Origin: Blasia pusilla
Taxonomy: Eukaryota
Length of the DNA: 64,000 bases
NCBI GenBank assembly: GCA_050084515.1
Contig: CM114271.1
Span: 7,688,001 to 7,752,000, forward strand
Direction of reading: 5' to 3'
Part shown: positions 27,535-38,100 of the stretch, piece after piece
How the letters are laid out: each line of letters begins with the position of its first letter
Position numbering within the stretch: position 1 is the first letter of the stretch
Notes under the pieces: generated by a model
The model's input: only the letters and a program-made list of their open reading frames with translations
The model's database searches: none
What the model was told of the DNA's origin: nothing
Translations under genes and position numbers: made by a program

Positions 27535-28012
27535 AATAAAGGGTAGCAAATATGGCACATCCGGTCTAAAACTCCACTCTTCAATCTACATCGGCATATC
27601 AAGCCTCGTCCAACCTGCTCTATCAAGGAATCCGGCCACTTGCACCCTAATCCTATCTCACACACATACAAGAGAGTTGCTCCAACGGCCCAACATGAGA
27701 AAGATGGCTTGGGAAAGCCATCTTCCTCCCTAATATAGGGTTGGGAAGAGCCAAAAGGCTCTTTCCCCTAAAAATAGCTATCCTCTTGGTAACCTATGCG
27801 CACAAGTTACCAGGGGAGGATGACGTGGTCAACAAGTCACCCGGTTGTGAAAGACCTCGATAGGAAAGTTGTCAGAAACAACGTTCTTGACACAATGGAC
27901 TTATCTTCAACCTCATCCGACATTGTGGGACAAAGTTACACTCAAGATAGTCCACTGGCTCCTACGCCCTATCCATGATAGATCTCGACCTATCGGCTAC
28001 TCAGATGTGATA
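27535..28012 (-). repeat. 5' terminal repeat A1 of copy B (A only, no B module)
   Basis: Direct repeat of 19099-19581; homology stops at the aaaaataaag run and the ~135-bp B module is absent. Confidence 0.85.
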
Positions 28013-28288
28013 TTGAGGAATAGTGAGAAGTTCATATGTAAATAGAGTAGTCTTTGCACTTAGAGTGGTTTTCAATGCATTATACGCAAGCAAAGAGTTT
28101 TCATCATTTACCCAGAGTCCGCATCTCATAATAGAAGATGATGGCTTCACAAAATTAAGAATGAGACTAACGAAAGATTAAATGCGTGAAGTTGAAATTG
28201 TTGTAAGTGCTACACCAGATCAAAGGTAAAGTGTACCTTTTGGAAGTTGTAGAAAACAATAATTATAAATGACAAATAATTGGAAGTA

Positions 28289-29208
28289 TGTCACGTCTTT
28301 TTGGATTGATCGATGAGTTTACAATCAAATGCCTTCGAATTCGAGGATACTAGAGAATAGCCTCAAGAGGTCAAGGATGACCTATTAAGGCCATAGGTAA
28401 CCTGAGAGAGCAAATTTTCCTTTTATTTTTGGCACATTTGAATCTATGAATAGAACTAATTGTTTTGGGTAAACTACCTTTATGAGTATATTTTACTTTC
28501 TACTTTGGGAAGTGGCCCTTGATCCCCTACAGTAGATTAAGAGCTAAAGAGATGATTTACGAGCATAGATTACCATTGAGAGAGCGTGTGTCACGTCTTT
28601 TTGGATGGATCGACGAGTTTATAGTTGAGTGTCTTTGAGGATATTGGAGGATAACCTCAAGAGGCCAGGGATGGCCTATGGAGGCCAAAGGTAACATGAG
28701 AGAGTAAGTTTTCTTTTTGTTTCGGCTCATTTGGAGCTATAAATAGAAACTAACTTTTTTGGGCAAGATACCTTTATGAGTTTCTACTTTGGAAAGTGGC
28801 CCTTGATCCCCTATAGCAAGTCAAGAGCCAAGGAAGTGACTTACAAGCATAGATTACAATGAAGAGAGCTTAGAAGAGGGAAGGGGGTATACCCTAAGAG
28901 GGAGATCTTTGGAGCTCATTCTCTCTTTGTTGAACCTCTTGGCATGAGGCAACAAAACTATGGTCCTCCTTGCCTTGTGAATAAACCAAGCCTCTCATTG
29001 GGAGAATGGGTTTGGTTTTATGAGAGAGAGAGATATGCAGTTGTGTGAACATTGCAAGAGATATTTGAGAGATCTTGATTTATTGGAGATTTTTTCGTAC
29101 TTGATGGTCTCGATGTTAAGATGGCATGAGTTAGTATGGTATCTTGTGTGTTTGTGTGTATTTGATGACAACAATATATGTTACATGGCGACGTCTATGC
29201 GCACGACA
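28289..29208 (+). repeat. Family-Y terminal repeats: partial A (28289-~28584) followed by a full A+B unit (28589-29208)
   Basis: Both start tgtcacgtcttttt; the second ends tatgcgcacgaca. Similar to 47415-48018 and to the reverse complements of 29450-29860 and 48510-48997. No TSD found. Confidence 0.8.
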
Positions 29209-29868
29209 TGATCATATTCGTCATCATCATGTTAGTTTAGCTAACCAAGATGTTAGCTGAACTAACATAAGGTCCTCTTAAAGAGGTATCAGGTTCAACT
29301 CTCCCCTTGGACAGTGGGGGACTGTCTCAATCCAAAGGCAATGGTGCCCCCAATCTAGGGTATGGATGGTCCATGTTCAAGAGAGAGAATACCTTGTGTT
29401 CCTTTCATGTGTGTGCCTTGACTATTATCGTGCCCAAACATTGATGTTGTGGGTTACACTCATAACGCAAGGGACCATAGCTCGGCCGCCTCATGCCAAG
29501 AGGTTCAACAAAGAGAAAATGAACTCTTAAGCTCTCTCTCCTTGAGGTATACCCCTCCTCTCTCCCAAGCTCTCTCCATGGTAACCTATTCTCCCAAGTC
29601 ACCTCCTTGGCTCTTGACCTGATATAGGAGGTCAAAGGCCACTTACCAAAAATAGAAATTCGATCATATATTCAAAATGATACTTACCTAAAATAGCAAG
29701 TTCCTCAATATGGCTCCAAATGAGCCTAAACGAAGGGGAAACTTGCTCTCTCCGGTTTCCCGAGGCCTCAGCAGGTCATCCTCGATCTACTAAGCATGTC
29801 ATCCACTACTCACAAAGGCGCTCTACTAGATCTCACCGATCTATCCTAAAAGACGTGACAGTTGTCGT

Positions 29869-30488
29869 TGTCACATCTGAGTAGCCGATAGGCCGAGATC
29901 TATCGTGGATAGGGCGTAGGAGCCGACGGATTATCTTGAATGTAACTTTGTCCCACAGTGTCGAATGAGGTTGAGGATTGGTCCAATGTGTCAGGAACGT
30001 CGTTTCTGACGACTTTCATGCTGAGGTCTTTTACAGCCGGGGGACTTGTTTACCAAGTCACCCGCCCATGGTAACCTGTGTGCGTAGGTTACCAAAGGAA
30101 GGGCTATTTTTAGGGGAAGAGCCTTTTGGCCCTTCCCAACCCTATATAAGAGAGGAAGATGGCTTTTCTAAGCCACCTTTCTCATGTTGGGCCGTTGGAG
30201 CACCTCCCTTGTATGTGTGTGAGCTAGGACTAGGATGCTAGCGTCCGGATTCCTTGATAGCACAGGGTGGACGATGCTCGATATGCCGATGTAGATTGAG
30301 GAGTGGAGTTTTAGGCCGGGTGTGCCATTTTTACTACTCTTTATTTTTGTTGTGTGATCTCTATGTATATGTATGAGTTGATTTTTTTGTACATGTATGG
30401 ATGGACCCGTGTGTGGGGAAGATCGGTGTTGTGTGGTGTAGATGTGACAAGCGATGTATGTTGTGTAGCGATATGTATGCGCACGACA
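29869..30488 (+). mobile_element. Solo A+B repeat (family X, as in copy B) with 4-bp TSD TCGT
   Basis: Reverse complement of 18964-19581; termini tgtcac...cacgaca; TCGT at 29865-29868 and 30489-30492. Confidence 0.9.
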
Positions 30489-30776
30489 TCGTGCGCATAC
30501 ACCTCGCTACACAACATACATCGCTGTCACCGAACACGCACGATCCCATGCTAACTCATGGCATCCAAATAACGAGACAAGAAGTACTAAAATATCTCTA
30601 ATCGCCCCCCTAGTTGGTGGTTAGGTCCCTCTAACTCTAGATAGCCATCTATCCCTACCTACCATGACATACATCTCTCGGACGCTAAGAGCAAGAAGGC
30701 CGGGTGCTCATGTGGCCCCATCGTTAGTCGCCTTCCTATCATCCATGTCATAGAAAAAGTCGGAATCGAAACCTAC

Positions 30777-32017
30777 CTAGTATCTCCTATATGTACATCT
30801 GGGACACATCCATCGTCCCCGAGGAACCCTAGTGAGAGGTGGCGTCAGACATGCCATATGCCAACCTCTCGAACATCCATCACAAACTAGCAACGTGGCC
30901 GCACCACAAGCAGAACCACACAACATACAACGCAAGCCTGCAAGAACTACTGATGAGCTTGAATCTTCTATACCATTAATATTAGGAAGGTGACATGGCG
31001 CACAATTACGCACATGGTCCTTCCATACCATACCATCGCGTCCCTCCAAGAAGATAACACCGGATGGCAAAACGTCACGCTCTCTCAGGATAGTGCGCCC
31101 TACAATCACATCCAACGTCGACGGTGCTGTCTCCTCGAAGTAGACATAATCTCCTTGATGAAACCTCCAGATAGTTGGTCGATAACCACCACACCGAATA
31201 GTCGCATATCTCAACGTATCCCGATGTTGCGCAATTTCCAAGTTGTCGAACGCCATAAGCATTATTCTCCGAAACAACTCAACCCTCTCAAAACATGCTC
31301 GCATCCATACATCTGGGTCATCAAGGTCCTGCATCTTACCAACATCTCGACGAATGGCTGAAGGTAAATCTGGCTCTCAGCCATAAAGTAGCAAGTACGA
31401 TGAAAAAGACGCTAAAGATGTCTGCCTGCTGAATCAGTATTCCATCGCCAACCATGGCAATGGAGGTCCCAATCTCCTAGGTGACCTCTCTGCAAGCCAT
31501 ACATGCGTAAACCCCTCTTCATCGTCTGCATAACTCTCTCCGCTAATCCATCTGCCTCGGGATGATCTCGCGAAGTGGTGTAGTGGTCGATCAACGCCTG
31601 ATCACACAATGCTTGGAACTCACCGCGAAACTCGGTACCCTGGTCTCTCAACACCTCAGCCGGTGCGCCATAATGACTCAACACTCTGTCAAGGAAGGCA
31701 TAAGCTACTCCCTCACTTGCTTTGTCAAGCAATGCAACCAACTCGATCCACTTTGAGAAGTGCTCGACCATCACCAACACATAACGACTATGATGCTCTG
31801 TCAAAGGCAAAGGTCCTGAAAAATCCAAACTCCATCTATACCCTAAGCCCATGATCGTTAATGGATGCAACTGTGGAGTCGGAGCATTGAACGATGCTCG
31901 AACCCGATCACACACCATGCACGTGGCAACAAACTGCTGAACGTCACTCTGCATGCCTTGCGACCAATACTGAATCTGGAGCAAGCGGTACGTCCGCTTC
32001 ATCCCAAAGTGACCCAA
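30777..32017 (-). pseudogene. DDE integrase with N-terminal HHCC and C-terminal PHD finger (copy C)
   Basis: GHFGMKRT...[76 protein letters not shown]. Confidence 0.92.
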
Positions 32018-32857
32018 CTCCTCGTAGGCATGTTGTACTAGTCATGCTCTCTGCAAAGGATGCGGCACTACGCGTATTGTGCCATCCTCCCAAACCCTCA
32101 AAATATGTGTCCCCTCCCAACGGAACCGTATGGCCCGCTGAAGGATCCGATCTCGCTCTCTAGCACCCACGGTGCTCGCAATCTGCCAATCCAGAGGTAC
32201 TCCAAGACTACTCCATCATTATGAATATCTCGGCCATCTGTCGTCTCCTCACTGGTCTCGGGATCCAAGGACTCTCCACTAGACCTCGCCATCAAAGTCT
32301 CCACACTCTGGCTCTCCATAGCCAACATGCCTAAATAGGCTGACCCGTGCCATCCTGGCACTGACTCCTCATCACTCTCTCCATGCCATCGAGCTCTAGT
32401 CGCATCTCGCTGACTCGAGCATGGGTTACAACTCAACCCATCTGCATCCTGGTTGAGCTTCCCAAGTCTATGTACCACTTGAAAATCATACTCCTGCAAC
32501 AACAGAGCCCATCTCGCAAGCTTCCCAGTAAACTTGTCGGACTCCATCAACAACTTTAGTGGTTGATGATGAGTGATGATGGTAAAGGGATTGCCGAATA
32601 AGTAACACCTGAAATGCGCGACAACCCACACTGCAGCCAAGCACTCACCCTCATACGAGTTGTACTTCGCCTCTGTAGCGTTGTTCGAGCGGCTAGCGTA
32701 AGCCACCATGAACTCTCTACCCTCATCATCATGTTGGGTGAGCACCGCTCCAAGCCCCAAAATGCTCCAATCTGTGTGAAATTGGAAAGGACCCCCCCCT
32801 GATCGGTCTCCTCAAGATGGGCGTGGACATCAACCTATCCTTGAGCAAATAAAATGC

Positions 32858-33862
32858 TCACTCATGCTCATCCCCCCAGTGCCACTCGTGATCCACCTTG
32901 GTCAGCAAGGTCAGCGGCTTCGCAATTGGACTAAATCCCTTGACATACCGCCGATAGAAGTTCGCCAATCCCATGAATGCGCGAACACGGCTCACATTTG
33001 TAGGGCGTGGAATGCGTGAGATAGCCTCTACCTTTGTCAACTGAACATCAAGGCCCCTTGGGTATATCATATGAACCAAGTACTCAATCTGGTGGTAAAA
33101 GAACTTGCACTTGCGTGGATGTAGATTCAGCCCATGTAATTGCAATCGTTGAAACATCTCCTCTAGATGTCGTTCATGCTCCTCAACCGTGGGGCTAAAG
33201 ACTACGATGTCATCAATATAACACCTAGCAAAATCCACACCAGCCAAGATCCTATCCATGACCCTTTGAAACTCATCCGGGGCATTCTTTAACCCAAATG
33301 GTAAGAACCGCCACTGGTACAAACAATCCTTCCCATGAGGATCGATGCTCGAAAATGCCGTCTTCTGCCTGTCCTCCAATCTGATAGGCAGCTGATGGTA
33401 TCCGACTCGCAAATCCAATGAACTGAAAACCTTTGCATGACCAATCGCATCAAAGATCTCCTCAGGGGTGGGCATGGCATACCTATCGGACTTCGTCTGC
33501 CGATTGATAGGTCGGTAATCCCCACACATCCGCCTATCCGTCCACTTGCCATGCACATCCTTCTTGGCGGGCATGAAAGTGGCACATGCATACTCCCCAT
33601 GCGACATCTCCACTAGTCCTGCTCCAACCAAGTCCTGGCTCCTACTCTGAATCAGAGCCCTCTCCATATCAGTGTATCTGTAGGATGGTCGAAAGATCGG
33701 CGTATCAGTCGACAACTCAATGCGGATCCCCGGTCCCTTCAGCATACCCAAATCCTCCATGCTAAACGCAAAGCAACTCCTATAACTCCTAAGGAACTGA
33801 TGTATTCGATGTTGCTCTCCTCCTGTCAACTTAGGGCCCATATCTGGCTCACAAGTCTCCAT
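32858..33862 (-). CDS. Ty3/Gypsy reverse transcriptase (334-aa open segment, copy C)
   Basis: RRMCGDYRPIN, DRYAMP, FSSLDLRVGYHQ, LPFGLKNAP, YIDDIVVFS, KCKF, VRAFMGLANFYRRYV. Confidence 0.93.
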   Translation of the reverse strand: METCEPDMGPKLTGGEQHRIHQFLRSYRSCFAFSMEDLGMLKGPGIRIELSTDTPIFRPSYRYTDMERALIQSRSQDLVGAGLVEMSHGEYACATFMPAKKDVHGKWTDRRMCGDYRPINRQTKSDRYAMPTPEEIFDAIGHAKVFSSLDLRVGYHQLPIRLEDRQKTAFSSIDPHGKDCLYQWRFLPFGLKNAPDEFQRVMDRILAGVDFARCYIDDIVVFSPTVEEHERHLEEMFQRLQLHGLNLHPRKCKFFYHQIEYLVHMIYPRGLDVQLTKVEAISRIPRPTNVSRVRAFMGLANFYRRYVKGFSPIAKPLTLLTKVDHEWHWGDEHE

Positions 33863-34209
33863 CGTGACTACCGTAGGACTCTCCGGCGCGGATATCGGTG
33901 GTTGTTATGGTGCAACCCTGTCTCGAACAACAATACTTGACCGCTCTCCTGTAGCCAACTTCAAAATCTGATCTCCTCCACATGTAGTGCCCGGAACTAT
34001 GCTCGATGTTGTGGCTATCATCTCCTGGCATACTTGCAAAACATCCCAAGAAGTCCAAGGGTGTCTCTCTCGATCTCCCCTGGTGTGTAAATCTCCTTGG
34101 GTCTCGCCCCCCGCCATTGCCTCCACCATCTCGGTAGGCATGGGGCTCACCAACGCAACCGCTGTGATCTGTCACGATCTCAGCCGACGCTGCTAAGCCA
34201 CTCCGAAGC

Positions 34210-35160
34210 TAAAGATCCATGTCAAGTTGTTGAGGTCCATCGCTTGACCCAAGACATGGCGTCGTGATGCCTCTGATACTGACGGGATTGCCGTCACTCC
34301 CGTGGGAAATCCCATCGCCCGCTCTCTCTCTTGTCGACGTTGGGCTCCACCAACCTCTGAACGTGGTCATCCCAAACCAAGCCAAGACCGGCCTCCTTGT
34401 ATGCATACGGAGCGGGAAAACGCACAAACGTGGGAAAGGCTGCCCTCGTCTTGCCTACTCTATTGACCACAGTCAACGGTGGTCAATCATCATGCCTCAC
34501 TGCCTGAGAGCGACGACCTGGATCTAGAATGGAATCCACTAACAAATGGGAGGGGCACTCCACTCTCGCATACGACTTCCGTAACACCGCATGGGGCACC
34601 AAGTTGGTCCACCATAAACGCAGGCGATGGGCTCTAGAACCTACACTTGCCGCATTCAAGAACACTACTGGGCCGATCGAGGCACACACCTGATGAGCAC
34701 TCGTCACCACTCGTGACCTGGAGTCTCCTAAGATCGGCACATTCTCCACAATGTAGGTTGGAGAACAAGACCGATGCTCCTGCAACTGCCATAAGACCCT
34801 CAACATCTCCCAAAACAACCTGGACCGAGTGTCAGCCAACCCGCTGCCTCGTCCAGCACTCGATTGGCCCTCACATGGCCAACCGGCAATGACCAAATTA
34901 ATGGTGCCTAAACGGTCTAAGTCCTGCGCCCCCAACAACGAAATATCCCTCGGTAGTGAACTCTGGTATCCCTGTACCGCGGACGCAGACAATAAGTCGG
35001 GAAAACGTAGGCGTAATTGCGCCACATGTCATAGCGAGATGCGCCTCGCAACATCATCACTCTCCACATACAGGTACTATTGTACTCGCACTCCTGCCTG
35101 TAAAACAACAACTAACCCGGTGCCAATCCCTCCAAAGAGATCTAACACTCGAATATCCTC
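34210..35160 (-). pseudogene. DNMT3-like C5 cytosine methyltransferase domain (copy C), all main motifs present, with stops and frameshifts
   Basis: I: RVLDLFGGIGTG; II-like: YLYVE; IV: INLVIAGWPCEG; V-like: GLADTRSRLFWE; VI: YIVENV; VIII: GSRAHRLRLWWTNL; IX: ERAMGFP; X: HVLGQAMD. Confidence 0.92.
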
Positions 35161-38100
35161 CTCCGCAATACACCACACAATGGGTGTGGTATCCAAGGAT
35201 GTCATCGTAGCACTCCCTGCTACCTCGGGTTCCTCAGACCTGTCATGCTTCTGTGCAAACGCCTCACTCCACGCGATTTGCACGTGCTCATCTTCCAATC
35301 ATCAAAGCTCCTCAATCGAGCCCCACAGCGGCACCTCTCCTCCACGGAATGATGCGGCTACCATAACACTCCTCTCCATAGAAATTTCAGGAACGGGAGT
35401 ATCCTCTGCATGGACATGTCCCTCAATCAAATCAGTAGGCCAAGTGATGGCACTGCTAAATGCTGCTAAGGTCGCCATCTCTCCTGGCCGTTGCTCGATC
35501 ATTGCACATGTGAATCGAATGGATAATGACCTAAGGCGCCCATCACCTTACTGCCATCTTGGTCTGTAGGACGTTGACTCTTCCCTGTAGTCCAAGGAAA
35601 ACCCCATCGGGTATAACACTGTTCCACCAACCAAGACGTCCTACGACTCTGCATCAGTCACTATCGCCTTGGCTTGCACCACCGACTCATCTGTAGGATA
35701 TCCCGGGCGAATCCTCACCACGACCTCCTATCGGGTGATATACTATGTGGTACTTGCTCCACCCAAGGATGTCTGTATCCGGAATGGACAACGCTCCACA
35801 TCAGCTCTCGTCAAACCCAATCCTTTGAATGACGCTTTCCCCAACATCAGGGGTTTCGCTCCTGAATCCAACAAGACACGTTGCAGACTAAAAGCTCTAC
35901 CTCCGGGACTCACCAATTGGAAGACCTCTCCTCAATTATCCAGCAATACAACAATAGTCCTTCCGATGTTATGACGTTGGGGGTACGCCTCGGCGGGCGT
36001 ACCCCCAACGTCATAACATCGGAAGCAGAAAATAAAGGAGCGCGATACACAATGGTGGCCGCCCCAACAACGTGCTCGACACATGCCCCTCCTGAGCATC
36101 AACAATAGGAGTCGTTGTACTTGCTTCTCCCATCACCCTCCGTGCTTGCACACCTACAATGTCACCAACTCTCAAGGAACTCTGATCAAGACCCATCGAT
36201 GGGGTCCTCATCACCTCGAACAACGTGAAAGATTGAGGAAGCCTAGTCTGTTTCTTGGCTTCCCCTCACTGTGGATCCAACTCTACGGCTACTCCACGTG
36301 TCACAATTGCAGCGGCCTCCATCCAGGCAACCCCGCACATCCAACCAGGATCCTCCATATCTCTGGCTGCTCCATATGATGTCAATGCCATGGATCCGGC
36401 GTCGGGTAATCTCAATGCCATAACAACAATCTGCTTCTAGCTGATGTATCTGAGCAGCCATCCTAGCCTCACGCCCGGCATCTCCCTCGACGTGTCTAAG
36501 TGGTACGACTCTACCTCCTCCACGCGCAGCTCCACCACCATGTTGGGCAACTCCAGCTCCTCGTCCCCCAACGGGACCACCTGGTGCACAATCTCTAGGC
36601 CTACCCGGACCGGGTACTCGTTCTGGTGCCCTCTCTGGCCCTCGGTCCGGATGTAACTCACGATGTAAAATGAAACACCTGGCGCGTGTATGACCATACC
36701 TTTGACAATAGTCACACTGATAACATCCTGATGCAGCACCATCTCCTCCTCCATGTTGAGGCACACGTCCATGACCCTGACGAGTGCAATCGTACTGATG
36801 ATGGGCTCCACCACATGACCAACAAGTAAAAGTAGACGGCTACTATTGAGCCGCATATGAAGGCGTAGGTCTCTGTGGCACGGCCTCCCGATATCGTCCT
36901 TGAGCTCGTGGTGCCACAGTCGACCTATCTCGGAGTCCACGTTGCTGCACAGGTAGTGCAGCCAATCGTGACTACTCTCGCCCAGAACCCATGGTGGCTA
37001 CGCTCTCCTCCGCCATGATGCGCTTAATGTTCTCGGGGGTCCTAAAAACATCTCTCAACGTAGGGGAGGTGTTCATAAGAAGCACCCCCTCCCGCAGCCG
37101 TGTCCGTAGGGTCCAGTCTAGCATCGCGTACCATGACTAGATAGCCTGAGCCTCTATCATCCCCTGAGTGACGTTGATCAACCGGCGCAAGCGAGTGTAA
37201 GCCTCACGCAAACTCTCACCCGGGCGCCTCTGGAAGTCGTGGATGCTCCACAAGTTCTCCGTCCGTACTCCTTGGTAGCTCGCCCTCAACTCAACAAAGA
37301 ACTCAACCACATGGTTGAACCTGGGATGAACCCAACTAGACGGTGCAACAGCTCTCGTATAAGTGACCCCTCCTAAAACGTCATAAGTGGAAGAGGAATT
37401 AGCCTCTCCTGACTCCTCCTCCTCATCTGGGAATGGCTCCGTCCATGACACATAATGTGGGTCATAGTAGAGCCTCCATGCCTCGATCTCACATGCATAT
37501 CTTTGAGAGAACTCATGGTAATCCTCCATGGGCGCCCCCTCTAAATGCTAGAACATACCGTTCCATGCTGTAAACGGGTTAAACTCTCTAGAGTTTTTGG
37601 CCTGTTGGGAGTTGCACCAACTCCTAAACTCTCTTTTGAAATCGTGAAACTCAATCGTGCCTGCTGCATCTGAAAACCTACATGGTCCTCTACCCCAATC
37701 GTCCATCTCGTACGCCCAACTAGTAGGACCACTCACAATGTGTGGCGATGTGCTCACAAAATCCTCTACATGCTCCCCCTCGTCTGAAGACCAAACTTAG
37801 ATAAAAAGAGATTGAGGTGGTCTCTCACATGGAGACCCTCAAAACCTTGCACCACTTCGGGTAAATCCTCAAGAGCTATTCTCAGGTATACTACCTCGCC
37901 TCTCAAAATCCTGAAAGGATGGCGTGATGGCCCTCGTGCCCCTCTCACACGATCACTCTCAACCGTGTGAGTAATCCCTCAATCACTCATCCCAAATATA
38001 CGGCACGCAATCTACACTCTCCCTCCCCGAGACCTGTAACGTGCGGCAACAAGCGGCGTGGTGCAGCAAATCGACCAGGCTATCATCTCATTGAAAATCT

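Larger units (their letters stand above)
18964..28012 (-). mobile_element. Copy B: Gypsy-DNMT-PHD retrotransposon with both termini, 4-bp TSD (TTGA), RT deleted
   Basis: TTGA at 18960-18963 and 28013-28016. Gag ~26360-24900 with knuckle YKCDYCHRYGHTRDTC ~25240-25195; protease VLLDSGGQPL ~24260-24225; DNMT ~23530-22170; RNaseH IVAYASRS...ECLAVVWAV ~21720-21620; integrase WSLDFAGP/VLTDQGTEF/ADGLAER 20862-20248; PHD ~19950-19798; purine tract ~19721-19731. Confidence 0.9.

Noticed and set aside
18964-28012. DIRS/Ngaro tyrosine-recombinase element
   Set aside because: Despite the split repeats, it has an aspartic protease, a DDE integrase and a TSD, and no tyrosine-recombinase motif was found.
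34210-35160. Bacterial restriction-modification methyltransferase or contamination
   Set aside because: The domain sits at the same position in four retrotransposon copies next to an intron-rich plant gene, and no restriction enzyme is present.
34210-35160. Host DNMT3/DRM gene
   Set aside because: Intronless, multi-copy, decayed, and collinear with protease and RT.
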